Shown: positions 33,801-50,068, counted from the first letter of the stretch. The stretch is DNA of 64,000 nt from the human T2T-CHM13v2.0 reference genome, Homo sapiens (GCF_009914755.1 NC_060939.1); one strand, 5' to 3'. Numbers and translations are program-made. Notes: generated by a model from the sequence alone, not told the origin.

Positions 33801-35813
33801 GGAGTTTTTAAAAAATGTTTTGGGAGTAGTTTTTGATCATAGAACCTGAGACACTGGCCATATGTGTTAGGGTATATGTGGATAGGGAAGGGAAACTCTA
33901 CCAAGCAGGTAGCAAAGGAATAAAAATGGATGGATTGGGGGGAATAATAACCACCTCACAGTATTGTTGAGAGAAGTAAATGACATGACTGTTAAAAGGG
34001 CTTAATGTAGTAAGAAAGTACCTACAGTTACTGTTTTCCTGGCCTGAAAGAATGAATGCACTTTCACAACCCTTAGTTCTTCGTCTATCCAGGCTTAACT
34101 AGGCTAGAAGAGGAAGACTTTGTGCACATGTGTCTGGCTTTGCCTCCTCCACACCAAACCCCTAGCTTATCTCCACTGGAAATAACTATGTGAGGGACTG
34201 AATATTTCAATCATATATGGAAACCTTGCCCGAAGAAGAAATTGCATAATAGCTGTCAATCATAATAGACTTATTAGCATTTGCCAATTTGGCCAAAATG
34301 TAGGCAATTATATGGCCATGATGCAGTCTGCCTTGCACACTATGTGTTTATAGAAAATGACTATTTTTTAAATCCACTCCTTATTTTTTAATGCAGTGAC
34401 AAATCTGAAATGAACTGAAATTGTGCGAAGCTAGAAATGTTCCTAATGGTGAGGTAATGGCCAAATGGAATCTGATAATTTCCTATTGAGGCAACTGTTG
34501 GAATACACTCATTAGTACTACTACCACTTTATACTAACTAAACTTTTACAGCACTTTCCCCTATCTCTTTTGAGAAAGCACCTTGAAACACATTTGGGAA
34601 GTAGGGAAGGCAGGTAAAATCATCCATATTTCATAGATGAAGAAACTGAGATATTCCTTGCTTCAAATTCCTTGGGCAATGAGATGGGGAATGAGCAGCT
34701 CTTAAAAGGAGTTTACCCAGCATCACAATGGCAAGAGAGCTGGGGAAGTGGAATGAGACTCCTCAGCCTCTCAGCAGGTTAGTCCTGCTGCAAAAAGATG
34801 GCGTGAGAGAGGGGACAAGGGCTTTGGAATGAGAGGTGGACTCAAATCCAGGTTGCTCCTTTACTAGTTGAGTGCTTGGGTGCAAGTCCCCAAACCTCCT
34901 GGGACTCTGTCTTATCAATAGGCTGCAGGGATTACTGAGGCATTCATACTGATGGGAAAGTTGTCGTGAAACCTAATATGAGATAATAGAAGCATCTGGC
35001 ACATCATCTCCTGCCGCCCTCTACTGCACAAGAAGAGGTTTGAGGAGATCACGATTCAGCCTAATTACTGAACTTGTCATTATCATGCCCTGTGCTCAGT
35101 GAGAGGCTGCTGTGTACCAGCACTGTGCTAAAGGGCTTCACAGAAATTATTTCTTGCAATCTTCACAGCAATGCTTATGAGATAATTATTATCCCCATTG
35201 GATTGATGAGAAAACTGTGATATGGAGAGATGAAACAGCTTGTCCAAAGCATATTCTTACAAAAAGGCAGGGCTCCACTGCCTCCCTATTCATGGAGTCG
35301 CAGAGCTGAAAGGAACTTTAAAAATTACCTGGACTACAGGCACTCAGCTGCCATGCCTTGTAATTAAGACCTTCTTTGCAAGAAATGTTTTGCTAACAAA
35401 TTAAAATACTGAGGTTTGTGAAACATTTGCTTTTGGTTATAAATCACAGTGGATTCAAAGTTATTCTTATGATAATTATCATTTTCTTATGACTCTCATT
35501 TGTTTTGCACTTCGAAATGTTTTCTTGATGGGAGAGAGCAGGGTATACTTAATGGGCTGGACTTGATGAATGGGGGTTGCCCTGTCTAAATACATTCCAT
35601 TGTCTTGTTGACCTGGTAGAAACAGGGTTATGGCCATTGACTTCCTAGAATAGGCCAATACCTGCTAAAAGCTGCAGAAAGGAAATGAGGAAGTTGAAAC
35701 AGGTAAGCCCTGACAGGATTGATCCCTGAAGGGTTAATCCCTTGACTTTGTTCTTTGAGCTAAGAGCAACTGAAAGCATCATACGCTCCATTTGACTTAC
35801 TACTTTGACAAGG

Positions 35814-35819
35814 TTTAAT
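35814..35819 (-). terminator. Distal polyadenylation signal ATTAAA
   Basis: Plus-strand tttaat; distance from the stop codon matches the recalled long 3'UTR. Confidence 0.65.
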
Positions 35820-36928
35820 TAGTATGTCTTTCTGCAAGAATAGGTGAGAGATTCAGTCCCAGAGCCCAGCTGATATAGATTGAAAAGGGTCCCTCTATCC
35901 TTCAGTGGGCCAATGGCACATGCTTTTGTGGAACATTAGCATCATGAACAGTGAAAGGTGCTGCTTAGGAATAAAAAGTGGCAATTTCCAAATGGTATTT
36001 CTCAATAATGAGAGAGCTTGCTGGATGTGATTATTTTCCACTTGAGAGGGGGAAAATGGGATCTCAATGAAGGCATGGGGGTGTCTAGCATGCCCAAAGA
36101 TATAGAAGGGTACAATTGTCCTTACAATTTGATAATGATAGAGCCCTTATATGCATGCATTTCACTGATAATTTACACATTGCAGTTCTTTCAGAACTGA
36201 TGAAAATGGAATCCACAGCACATTGCACATTCAAGAGTGACGGTTAAGCACTTAACAATGGGGCAAAATTCTGAAGATAATAGAATTTTCAAATATGTGT
36301 TCATCAGCCTACTGAAAAGCCAATGGTATTCCAGAATTCCAAGGCCAAGCCTCTACAAATATATGGGGTTTGTCTATACAGGCTAAGCAGAGTGAAAAGT
36401 TGAACAACTACCCAGGTAATTTGATTCTGGGAGAGTTTGCTTGGATCGTTCAAACCAACACTTCTCCTCTTCCTGTCCCTCCCCCATGTCCCTCACTCCC
36501 ACCCCCCACCCTTCCACTCCCAGTTTTCCCCCAGGATATTTTTGTACCTGCAAAATAGATATCTATGTACAGCTATATCAAACATGCATTTCACTTTGAC
36601 TGTGTAGACATAGACATTGGCTTCATATATACAGATAAAATACACATAAATGTCCCAAGAGTATTGGATGGGTGAAGTACATGGATCCAAAGTTGGGCTT
36701 CTTCCACCATGCAGCTCCAGCCAGAGGCAACGTAAACAGAGTGTTACTAATTTTCAAGTGAATTAATTGGGACACATTAAATTGCAAATCCTGGCCTTGC
36801 TTTTAGGGGTCTAAGTTATTTGGATGATTGTCTTGACCTGACTACATACGTATTCAGGTACACAGGCATAGTCCATATATTTTTAGGCCATATAGATGAT
36901 CCAAATAATTCCAAGCTCAAATAAATGT

Positions 36929-36934
36929 TTTATT
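36929..36934 (-). terminator. Candidate alternative polyA signal AATAAA (further candidates: ATTAAA 37237-37242, AATAAA 37728-37733)
   Basis: Plus-strand tttatt within the 3'UTR. Confidence 0.5.
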
Positions 36935-38552
36935 CTTTACTAATGTCCATTTTTGAATTCTTGGAATACCTACCTCTTTATTTGGTTTCTGCATCAGTTG
37001 GGAGTATCTCTGAGCAGGAATGTCTATTCAGAACTGAGCTTGGGAGTGAATACAGGGAGACAGGACAGGGAAATGGGGATGGAAATAGATTACAAAAGAA
37101 AGAAAGTAGCTCCTGCTTTCAGGGAGATTACACTGTCATCTTATACTCAGCTTATTACTAGACAGTAGGATGAAAAGAACAGTCAAATGGGATGGCAATG
37201 GATTCAATGACAAATATTTACCTATTTGTAAATAAGTTTAATTTTTTAGTTTTTCAATGACATTCAGTAGAGATAGTTATATTGGCTATATAACACAAGT
37301 AAAGTGGTGTTTGGAAAGTTCCTCCATTCATTTGATTTCCTTTAGAAAGCGAATTCCAAGGTGTGCAATTTATCCATGACCACATACAATGATTCAATGA
37401 ACTAGATAATGTTAAATCTCTCAGGTAACTGTTAAATTTTGAGGTAGGATTAAAAAATACTTCAGGGGTTCTACTCTGACCACGTTCTTTACTGATCTGT
37501 TGCCCTTGGCTTTGGGGTCATGGGAAGAAAGAGGGAGAAAATGTCGAGGGAGAAGGATAAGGGGATGAGAGGAGTACCCCTTAGAAGTTTGAGCCCATTG
37601 GGTTGGGACTTTTCCTCCCCCAATCACTGAAGCTGTAGTAAGAGCAAATCAATGTCACATTTACAGTTATCTCTTGGTTAGCCACACTAATTGAGCTAAG
37701 CAAAAATGGGAACATGCCAAAAGGATTTTTATTTGAATTTGAAGTGCATCATGTGAATTTTTTTTTCTACAGCAGACACAGGGCCCTAATAATACTTAAC
37801 CCAGGCTATTACTAAATTAGTTTGTATTACTTGATGATTATATATAGTTTGTATTACCTGAATCTACAGGTAACACAATGAATTGTAGCACAGGCAAGTG
37901 GCTGAGGCATAAATCGACAGACTGGGAAAGAATTTCCTCTGATTAAACTTTTGCCACAGACAGATCATATGTAGACAAACAGGAATTAATTGGGCTTAAT
38001 TCACAGCAAGGGTCAAATGCTGAATTTCTAAGCATTTCTCCAAAGACTATGAATGTTGCTTTTCCACCTCCACAGAAAACAAAATTAAAGTACTTTAATT
38101 CACACTAGCAGGTGGGTTTGGCCCCAGGTACCCTGACATTGGCCTGGTCTTTCTAATCAACTTGAGTGTTTCTGCCCCAGACATAAAAATCCCCTTGGGT
38201 TGAGGCAGTAGAGCTCTACTGGGGAACCAGACATACATTTTGTTAATGAAGGCCTATCCTTCTCAAAGCACATTTGGTGGAATCGGGTCTTTATGGATAC
38301 GGTTTCTTCACCGACTATTTCTCCCTCAAACTCTTGGCCTCTGCTTTTTCTCTTGTAGCCTGGTTCTCTGGTGTGAACAGGAGCAGATGACCAATAGCAC
38401 CTAGCTTGGTGACAACCCATAGGAGGTATGCCTATAAAATGCCATGGGCCACTGAGTGTTCACTGTGAGGATGACACTATTGGCAAGGATGGATGATTTG
38501 TATGTGAACTACTGATGAGAAATGCTCCAGAGTAGGTACTGACCAGCCTTCT

Positions 38553-38801
<249 letters not shown>

Positions 38802-40049
38802 CTATGAAAATGATCAGACAGTTAGCCAGAATATTAAAGGCTAGAGTCACTCAGTCTCTGTTTGATTCATTCTGAAAACATGGGTCAGTCAGAACACTGT
38901 TTTGGGGTTATCAGCTACAATGCCCTCCATCCCCTCAGATGAACAACTGGAACTCAAGCCCTTTCTATGTCCTATTTCATTCACCCCCTGTGTTCTGACC
39001 CAACCTCAGAGAGTCCCCAGTTTTGCCTTTCATGTGCTGGGGTAAAGCAATGCAAACCAAATCTTATTACAGCAAGTGTTAGTATAATCAGGTAGCTCTG
39101 TGGAATAGCCACAGATTTACTATTGTTTTATAAGTCACTAAGGCAAAGATTATTTTTGTGTGACACCATATAAGAGATAAAGGCAAGCAAGGATGTAGAT
39201 TCCTGGCCTATTCAGTGCCAAGCAGCTAACTATTTGTAGTTATGCAGAAAATTAATGAGGACCACAGCTGTCTTATCCACATTTGGACTTAGTGCCTGGC
39301 ATATAGTAGATGTTCAATAAATTTTTGTTGATCAGTTGACTGATTTACATAGCATTATCTGGATTGCCCGTGTAGAAACAAAATGAATTAGAGTACTGAA
39401 TTATTTAGCATCATGTTTCTACACCATAAGCAAATTGAAAAAAGAGCACTTAGGGAACTGCGTACGTAATTCAGATTGAAAAACATATTGCCTAAAATTT
39501 GACATAATGAAGGTGGAATCTGTAGTACACATCAATTATAAAAAAAGAAAAACTGTCTCTCTTCTAATTATTAAGTCCTATTTAGAATGGGACCTACTGC
39601 TCATGGGGTCATTTGATGAGCCAAAGGCACTTTGCAAAAACCAAATCTTTTGGTCTCATTTGATTTTCATCTGAAGCAGTAGTGGACTTTCCTTTGCTCA
39701 GATGGTGCTATAGCTGAATGTGATGACATGATGACAAAGTTTAAATGGAAAAGTAGGTTGGTTGGGTTAAACAAAAATCACTTCATTTTAGCCAAATGAA
39801 GGGCCCAGCTTTTTCACATTTTGACCTATTTTGTGGCCACCATGTAGATACTTCTTAGAGCTGGAGACCCAACATCCTTGAAGGCTTGAGGATGAATACG
39901 GGAGCCCTGCTCCAAGCTAGGGGACGTGTGTGCTCCTGGTGAGGTGGCAGAGGGAATGAGTAAGAAAAATGAAGTATTTATGGTGCAAACACAAAGAACC
40001 AGAGAGGATTTAACAGTTGACATTTTCAAGAGTGGCACACTCAGTTTTA

Positions 40050-40424
<375 letters not shown>

Positions 40425-42814
40425 CTAATTCTAATGCACACCAGCAACCAGGGCCAAATATGTTATGCTTGGGCCACAGAGGGTTTTATAAAAATTCAGA
40501 TATGAAGCCAATTACCTTAAAAACTGGTGGAGTTTATAGAAAAGTCTGAATGTCCAGAAAATTTGGTGATGCTGAACTTACATTCCCACATAGCAATAAT
40601 GGGCTGACGCTGAGTGGCCAATTACCTGTTTAGAGGGGGCATACATCATACAGTTCCATCTAGACCACACCCAATCTGCTTCAAACATTCATCTCATGTG
40701 CCTGCTTTCTGAAATCTTTGAGTTTTTGTTCCCTACTCTAAATTGTAGGGGACATTCATTTCCTCTCTTCACTTACGAGCAAACTGGCACCACAACCATC
40801 CCAGAGATGATGCACAGGCTGCTGCAGAGTCAAAGTGAGATGGCAGATTTGATCTATTTCAATGAAATTTTCTCTTCTGGTTACCTGTGCAGTCATCTGC
40901 CCATACATGTCACTGATAGTCCCTCTGCATCTCATCAAGAAAGACCTGCAGTAGAGTGACAAGGATGTTCTCCCCACCACGACAAAATAGGTGCCTCAGA
41001 TCAGCCCTGGGTGAGCTGGGGATAGATGGACACCCTCACTGTCTCAGATTAGCCTGACACTGGTCAAAGAGACTTAGATTATTCCCAGACATGGTAAAGC
41101 TTCAGAGATGCCACTTTTGCAGGATGAAAAATAGCCCAGGGTCCTGAGGCAGCCCTGTCTCATATACAACGAAGCCACTGAGGAAAGGTCTAGTTTGGTC
41201 AGAGTCTTCTCATGGCCCTTCCTCTTACATACTGCCCTTGGCACACTCAAGGGTCTAATGGGGCCTGTATAGCTGGGGTTGGGAGGTAGAAAAGAAGATG
41301 ATGGAGAAGGTGACCAAAGGTGCTCACTAGGAAGTAGTTAGCGAGTCTGTGTGTGGCACACAGGAGGGAGCATGGACGCTTGCAAATGGCTCTGCTGCTT
41401 TTCCATCTTTGCAGAGGCCTTTTGAAGTGTCAGGGGAACATTAACATGTACACGTACATTTCACCTCTCAAATAAATGGTATTCAATATGTATTAAAGGC
41501 TTATGGTTTCTCTGAATGCCCTCCTTCGGTCTCTCTTTACCGTATTGAGCTTGTTTTCTTTTTCCCACCAGACCATGAGCCCCGTGAGTGCAGGGGTGGT
41601 GTTGGCTTGTTCAAGGCTGTAGCCCTGCACCTGGCACAGAACCTGAGAACCTGCTAGGAGGCACTCAAGAAAACATGCTGGAATTTGGATTCCAGATGTT
41701 ATTCTGTATCCTTGCTATCTACCTTGCCTGGAAACTTCCCACCTGTGTGAGGCATCTGCAGATCCCTTCTCTCCCATATTTAACCCTTCGATGAAATTTT
41801 CCCTTACGTTTAACTATTTCAAGGAGCACTCCAATGGTTTGAAAAAGATGATGCCCTTCTACAACCAAATAACTTGTTTTGCAGGGTCTGTGTAAAGTCA
41901 AGAGAGGGAAGTCCACATTCTGTGATCTCTCTTCACATCTGTAAGAAATGTGTTCCTAAAAGATTACTTATGTGAAGGAAGTGTCAAATGAGGAATTCTG
42001 CTTTCTCCCAGAAAGCAAGTTTGATTTCTTTCAAAGATGGCCTTGTTTCTGTAGAAGAGTGGAGCAGGATGAAATTGAAGCAGAGACAGAGTAGTGAGGC
42101 AGTAGAGTTGGAGAAGACCTGAGTGTGGACCTGGAAGCTCCCCTGCAGAGGGCAGGGGAGAGGAAGGGGCTAGCATCACTGAATTGGAGTGGAGAGGGAA
42201 ATGTATCACTCCCCTGTCTTTGCTGTCATCCTCTCCTCTTCCTTCTGCCACAAACTGGAAGTTCATTTGTGAAGGGGCTGCTTGAAGCCCAGAAACAGTG
42301 CTATAAATGATAGACGATCACTTCCCTGGGACGATAATTTCCCTGGGAGAGTCCACAAAAGTCTTTTGTAACTGACAAGGTAGGCAGAACATTGTATATG
42401 ATCCCATGTTTTTGTAAAATGGACAAATCCAACCATAAATATGTGTTTGTGGGCAAATAGAAAAAGATTTTAGCAAATACACAGCAAACTATTAACAATG
42501 GTTGCCACTGGAGAGGGGAGATGAGGCTGGAGAGGAGAGCGGAAAGGATTGGGGGATGTCACTTACTGCTTTACACATCATTCTGTGATTTAAATTCCTC
42601 CCAATGAGCATGCATCATTTTTATGATTAAGAACACAGAAAGAGCTATCTTTTCCGTCTATCTGGTGTAATCAAATGTGACAGAATGTCTTGCTTTATTG
42701 TTTGGAGCAAATTATAAAAAATTTCATGTTTGATATCAGATTCTTAGGACATAAGAAATGGACATTCAGAAGAAATTGTTTTTAAGATGTATTATTTATT
42801 TGATAAATTCTTAC

Positions 42815-42977
42815 CAATAACAGTCTGGATTTCCTTTATTATTGCCTCTTCAACATTAGGGTGCTTTGCAATGAGAAATAGCATGAAGAACAAAGAGACA
42901 GACATGGTGTCAGGAGCTGCGATCAGCATTTCCAATATGCACTGGTTCACATTCTCTCTTGTCAGGTCACCACGTTT
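42815..42977 (-). CDS. CYP19A1: Aromatase exon 8 (163 nt; [31 protein letters not shown]..., I-helix)
   Basis: Acceptor ttgttcag|AAAC, donor ATTG|gtaaga. Confidence 0.97.
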
Positions 42978-43438
42978 CTGAACAATTGGAAGATGGGAAA
43001 AATTTGGAAAAGTGAATCAAAGTTTCAAAAAATGAGGGGAGGTGACACTCAAGGACCAACAACCTCAACAAAATGAAATCATAGAAACCACATGTCTCTG
43101 TGATTGACTGTGGACATTTTACATGACAATCTTTAGCTGAAAGATGAACGATTAGGCCGACTGTCTATGTATATGTAGTGTCTTTGGCCTCCCCCAACTT
43201 GTTTTCATATTTTATACTGTTACACAGAAGAGTCACAATCTTAGCAGTCAGTCTTACTAGAATGTTCCAATCTTAAAAGCCTTACTGAAATATCTAATGT
43301 GTGGGCTATTTGGATTGGGATTACAGAACGGCTAGAGAAAGTATTTAAAAGCAGAAATATGCAACAGTTACAAAAGGGGATCTTTACACACCTCTACACA
43401 GTCATAACATATGTGGCATGGGAATTACAGTTAGTTCA

Positions 43439-43609
<171 letters not shown>

Positions 43610-43987
43610 CTAGCGAAACAGATTTATTTGCCATGTATTTAGGTAAAATGATCTGCTTTAATTGAAACCATTGGTGCTTATGAGTAAGTGAATTACTATT
43701 TTATTTCTTCATAAATACCCTTAAATTACATAGACCCTACACTTCATGTTAAGGTGCCAGAGTTAGCTAAGATTTCTGGATACTGGTAGCGAAATCAAGC
43801 CTGTGACTTCTAGTTAAGGGTTAAAAATTGATATCAAAAGGCTAAATCTAACAATGTTTTCCAATTTCTGATTTGGCAGGCACAATGTTTAAATTAAAAA
43901 AACAAAAACAAAAAAACCTGTGAGTGCTGTCAGGTGCTCTTCAGTTTGCCACAGGAACCTCCATTCCCTTGTCTTACATTCCCATAG

Positions 43988-44301
<314 letters not shown>

Positions 44302-46284
44302 TAGTCTGCTTTTATTTGCCTAGTCCTGAAGACAGTTGAGTTTGAGATTCCTGTTCTAAACAGTAAACTCCAGTGACTAGGTATCATTCTTGATATTTAT
44401 TCTCATGCCTTGTTAGTTTCTGCCACATTGTAAACACTAATATGTGTTGAATGAATTACCAGCTGCATAAATATGTATAGGCATTTTGGCAGTGTGGTTG
44501 AAAGAACACTTGGACGGGGTGGGGTCAGGTCCTAGTTCAGGTTGTTCTCTTTCTATGTAAGATACTTTAAGTCTCTGGGCCCTACATCCTTTTAAAGTGA
44601 AGGGATCAGACTGGATGAAAAATAAAGTCACCTTAATCTAAATTCAATTTTTCTTATCTCTGTCCTTAAGTGTATGTGTTCTTTGTAAGTGTATTGTTCC
44701 CTTATCTCAGGGAACAATGTTCTGTATTACGTTAAATGTACAATAAATCCATCTTCCAAATTCTAATTGACATGTTCACCTATACACTTAAATACCCTAC
44801 TGATCCACACATTCATCAAATGTTTGCTAAGCATCTCTTATATACAAAGAACAGATATTCACTCAGCTGGGCTGTGGTGCCCTCTTCCTAGTAGGCTGAG
44901 AATGCTCATAGCATTCCCATCTGGGCACTAGCCCCAAATGGTCTGGGAGGTGTTGGAATGCCCCAGCCTCTAAATTCATAGAGAGCTCCTTGAGGGAACT
45001 GCAGAAACCTAAGAGAATCCGTTATACAGACTCATACAATAAATTTCTGTGGGTCCAATGGCCAAGACCAAGGCTAAACTAATGACTGAGAACTATGTAA
45101 TGAACTCTCCAGACCACCACTACTGCCAACAACTCTGATCACAGGGAAGAGATGAATCTTTTATCTATTAGTTTTCAAGTCACAATAAGCTCTGGTGGAA
45201 ATGAAATGTATAAAGAACCAAGTGTCTAAAACATTCACCTAGTACTTATCAACCATGAGAGAATAAACAAAACAACATCAAGTCGGCTTCTTCTCTAGAA
45301 ACTAATATTATCGAATTTCAAAATCCACAGGTAGAATAAAGTCAGGTCTTCAGACAAGCTTGGGGACATTTAGAGATGGAGAACTTGAGATGGTTAGGAA
45401 CATCTGAGGAAGATATGAACACAGGAAAGGGAGAAACTAACATATTTAGTACCCTCTATGTGCCATGCTCTATGCTAATTGCCTTACTTATATGATCTCA
45501 TTAACCTATGCCCCTACTCTAGAAGATAGGTTATATCTTATTTTAAATAACTTCCCAAGGCCATTAGAAACAGGACACAAAACAGGAGTTCCTGTTTCTA
45601 GATTCCACAGGCTTTCCACTGGTGGTTAGAGGTAGCAGTGTTTAGTGACTGGCTACCTGTACTCTACAAGCCCATTGATTAGCCTGTAGGCCACTGGGCA
45701 TTTGTCCAGTTTTCTGCTGGATGATTCTAAGACCAAAACAAAGTCATTTAATGACAATTTCAGGACCCCCAAAACACAAGATACATAATTTCAAAAACCC
45801 ACACACATTTTATTGAAGTTAATTGTACTCATTAAGAAAAAATTCTATTGAGACTATTGTCAGTTCTTACAAGTTGAATTATGTTAAATTCATTCAAAAA
45901 CAACACAACTATAAATTGATTCTGTAGTTCCAGTTTTTTAGTTGTGCAAAGATAATTTTGACAGATATTAATGACAGGATCAGTCGACCCTTCTCTTCAA
46001 CTCAAAATACACTAGTGTCCTAGTTACCAAGCTGAAGCTCCCAGACCACACACTCAGCCCCCTTGCCGAGAAGCTGCCCAGCCAAAGGCTTCATTTACTC
46101 TCTGGTCTGGCCAAATGCAGCCAAATTGCTGTAAAAAGTGTTTCATCAGCAACTTAATCAACAGCTCCCTTGTGGGCTCTAGAGAGCAGAAAAGTTACCT
46201 GAGAGGCCAAGAAAAACAGCAAAGACACAAGGGAAAAAAACCAATCCAAATGTACTCATAAATCTTCCAAAGTTGTATTACTTA

Positions 46285-46500
<216 letters not shown>

Positions 46501-47859
46501 CTAACAGTCTGGGGGTTCTAAGCTCAGCAAGATTCCATCTTCAGTAGGAGTTTTAGCCACGTGAATACCACTAGACAAATCAAGCACTGATTTGTTCTCC
46601 TTGCCATCCAAATTGGCCTACTTAACCAGTGAGTTGCCAGTTTTCAAGTTTGTGTTTTCAAGTTTTCAGCCTAGAATTTCACATATTCTCCTTGGGCTGA
46701 GCTTTCAACTAGCTCCTGTTTCTCTGTACAAATGGAACTAGTAATTATGGCTGTTATGGCCTTCACTCTGGTACCTGGGAGTGTAAAAAGCAGAGCCTGT
46801 TAGGTGGCTAACAACCACATTTTAACTTCATTTGGTGCTGGGTAAGCAGAGCCATGAAGTGGACAGTTTATCTGGATTATACACTTAATAGCTTCTAATC
46901 ATGTTCTCATGGTGCTTTATTCATTTTTCCCCCATAACACTCATCACATAGCTTTCATAGTTATTTATATTCAGTCCAGAGTGTAGAATTCATCTTGTGT
47001 TCTTTAATGCCTTGTCCTAAGCCTCACATACAATCAGCTCTTAATAAATGCTCTTTAATTAAATTGAATACTAGAGGAAATAAACCCTTATTTTTTCAAA
47101 TTATACCAGATAATATACAAAAGAGAGAACAGACATATATTTCCAACTGCTAAATACCAGTCACCATGCTAGGCACTTTGTGAAAGAGATTTTTAATTTC
47201 ATCTTCATATTCTTGCCATGGGCGTTGTGGTGTCATCCTTTTGCAGTGGAAGAAATTGCAATTCATAGAAATTCGGAAGCTTGCCCAAAACCATACAGCC
47301 AGTGTGGCTGACAGGCAGGCCCTGAGGCTGGAGCTGCTTCTGTCTGACCTCAGGACCATGTCCTTTTCTCTTTTCTTGCACTGGGTCCCTTAGGCAAATT
47401 GAGAGTTTAACAAGGATCCCTGTGAAAAGGGATTATGTAACTCTGTGGGTTGCACAGGTTTGCCAGCATCATAGTCTGCATCCAAAAATGAATGGAGAGA
47501 TTTACAAATCCTTTTATATGATCCTTCCTAATGAGGCAAGGCTAGAGGGGGACCTGGAAATCTAGACTTTTAAAATACACGCCTGTTTCACTTTAGAAGT
47601 GATGTCTGTAGAACAGGCACCCTGGGAGTGGCATCCCTGCCTGAAAAGAGATCAGGTGAGAAAGTGTGACTAAAACTTCTTCAAGTGATTGTGGGCTCCC
47701 ATCCAAATGGCCATCAGATGAAGTGTCTCCAGCTCTTGTATGGAGTAGCTGGAGTAGGGGAGATGCGGCAATAGGGAGGGCTTATAGCTTGTCTATGTGC
47801 CCAAGTGTAGTATACCAGGTAGCATGTGTTCCAGTTCAGCTGGTTGGGGCAAGTGTTAA

Positions 47860-48255
47860 AAGTACGCATTGTTCCTCCGCCTGGAGTGTTCTTCCCTCAT
47901 ATCTGCCTGTGGCTTGTGGCCTCACTAAATTCGAGCTATGGTCAAATGTCTTCTCTGCAGAGGCCTTTTCTAACCACCCTCTCCATGACATCTGTGCCCA
48001 CACACACTGTTGCCCTCCTTCACTTCCTGTCCTCTTGCCCTGCTTCATTTTGCCTTCAAGGCACTTATTATTGCCTAATATTTTATTAGATATCTATGTC
48101 TTTTCCTGTCCACATCACTCACTGGAATGTAAGCCCCTTGAAGGCAAGAATTTTATCTGTCTTGCTCACTGTTATGTCCCCAGAACCTAGAACAGTGCCT
48201 GGCATAAAATAGGCAATCAATAAATGTTTGATGAATGAATGTATGAATCAATGAA
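47860..48255 (+). mobile_element. L2 3' end
   Basis: aatgtaagccccttgaaggcaagaa..cctagaacagtgcctggca..caataaatgtttgatgaatgaat. Confidence 0.7.
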
Positions 48256-48344
48256 CACTGGTGTAAGTTAATTCAGGAAAAGTCACATTGAGTTGTACAT
48301 ACTTAATGCCAACAGTAGAATGGAATTAATCCAAATGATTAATT

Positions 48345-48670
48345 TTCTATTGATACATAATGGATATACATATTTAGGGGTAACTGTAATATTTTGATAA
48401 ATTTGTATAATGTGTAATAACCAAATCAGGGTAATGAGGATATTCATCACCTTAAACATTTATCTTTTCTTTATGCTGAGAACATTCAAATTTTCTCTAC
48501 TAGCTACTTGGTTGTACATAGATTATTATTTATTTTCTTCACTACACTGATTTTTTGAACACTAGGTCTTGTTTCTTCTATCTGCCTGTATTTTTGTACC
48601 CATTAATCAACTTCTCTTCATCTCTTCTCTCCCCACTACCCTTCCCATCCTCTGGTAACCACCAAACTAC
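48345..48670 (-). mobile_element. Old L1 (L1MA-like) 3'UTR fragment
   Basis: ttgatacataat..atgtgtaataaccaaatcagggtaat..ccttcccatcctctggtaacc. Confidence 0.6.
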
Positions 48671-50068
48671 TCAAATGATTAATGTTTGTTTTTTGGTGGT
48701 GGTAGAGTTGCATGCACATGTTTTTTTTTTTTTCATCAGTAGAGTGATTTGGGGGGATTTATAGGTTTTTAGGGTATATTCACTACTAGGGTTACAAAAT
48801 GTATGAAGTCACAATATGAGTTATGGATTTAAGAATCCTGTTTAATAATAAATTCTGTTCCTCTTGAGGCAATGTAAGGCCAATGCTTATGGATAAGAAG
48901 TAAAAACAAAACAAATTCTATTATTCAAGGGCATAATAAGCATTATGTCAACTGTATAAATATTTAGTGGTAAATAATGTTCTAAAAGACACCTGAATGG
49001 GCTTGTGAATTTTTCTTTGTGTACATGTATTACTACCTTATGCACAGACTACTAAAATGGAGACTAAAACATTCTTTAAGAGTAATACATAATATAAATG
49101 ACTTTAAGAAGAAAACAAAAAGGGTGTATCAGAAAGAATGCCAATTCTTTTATTCCTATACTTTCCAGGTTAGTGTGTGGATAAAGGTCACAATGGCAAT
49201 AAAAAATGTAACCCATAGAAAACAGTGTAAAACAATTAGATACAAGTCCAGTGAATTCCATTCCTGTCAGGTGTTTGATCATTAGGTTAAAAAGTTATCA
49301 AATAATTCAATGACTTTTGCACAATGGCACAACTTTTCAAGAACTAGCTGAAATATTGGCATTTGTACTCAAGTTGCAAATTGGTTTAATCCTGCCAAAA
49401 TAAAATCAAGTTCTATGAGTTTGACATGAGCATGCACATGTTTTAATATTCATTTCTGTATCATAGTGCGCAAAGTAGTCTTATGAGTGAGACATCTTGT
49501 TAAGGTTATAAATAATAAATGGCAAACATGTATATACAGCAATTTTTAATATTGTTTGGCACACATTAGATACTACGTTAATGGCAGCTAATATCGTCAT
49601 TTCCATCAGCATCAGTATCACCAGCAATATTGACATTTTTATCATATAGGCACAATGTTTTCATGTTTAGTAGCTTTGAGGGAGGAGTGTGTGTATATAT
49701 GTGTGGGTATGTATGTATATATGTATGTATATATCATGCCCAAAAGAACAATTGGAAATGGTTAAATATATAAAGTTGATTGGTGGTAGGATATGTTAAT
49801 AACCAAACGAACTAATCACATTTGTTAAGTTTCAACTGTGGGTAGAATTCTATTTCCTAGAGTAATGAGGAAAGATACAAAAGGCTAGTAGATGCTGGCC
49901 CCTACTTTATGGAAATTTATATTTTATAAGTGAACAAAGCAGAAACACTAGGGAAAAAAACGAGGAGTACTTAGAAATGTTTAAACAAGAGCAATGTAGA
50001 AAATGGCATGTGATTCCTTTGGTCTGTTATCCCTCCTAGCTCCTTGTTCAGTAAAGGACAGATGGTCA

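Larger units (their letters stand above)
35800..38552 (-). other. CYP19A1: CYP19A1 3'UTR, long form, about 2.75 kb
   Basis: Follows the stop codon; ATTAAA at 35814-35819 (minus strand) fits the recalled mRNA 3' end. Confidence 0.75.

Noticed and set aside
47666-48190. 174-aa plus-strand ORF antisense to intron 5
   Set aside because: Non-ATG start, mostly within an L2 remnant, no recognisable homology.
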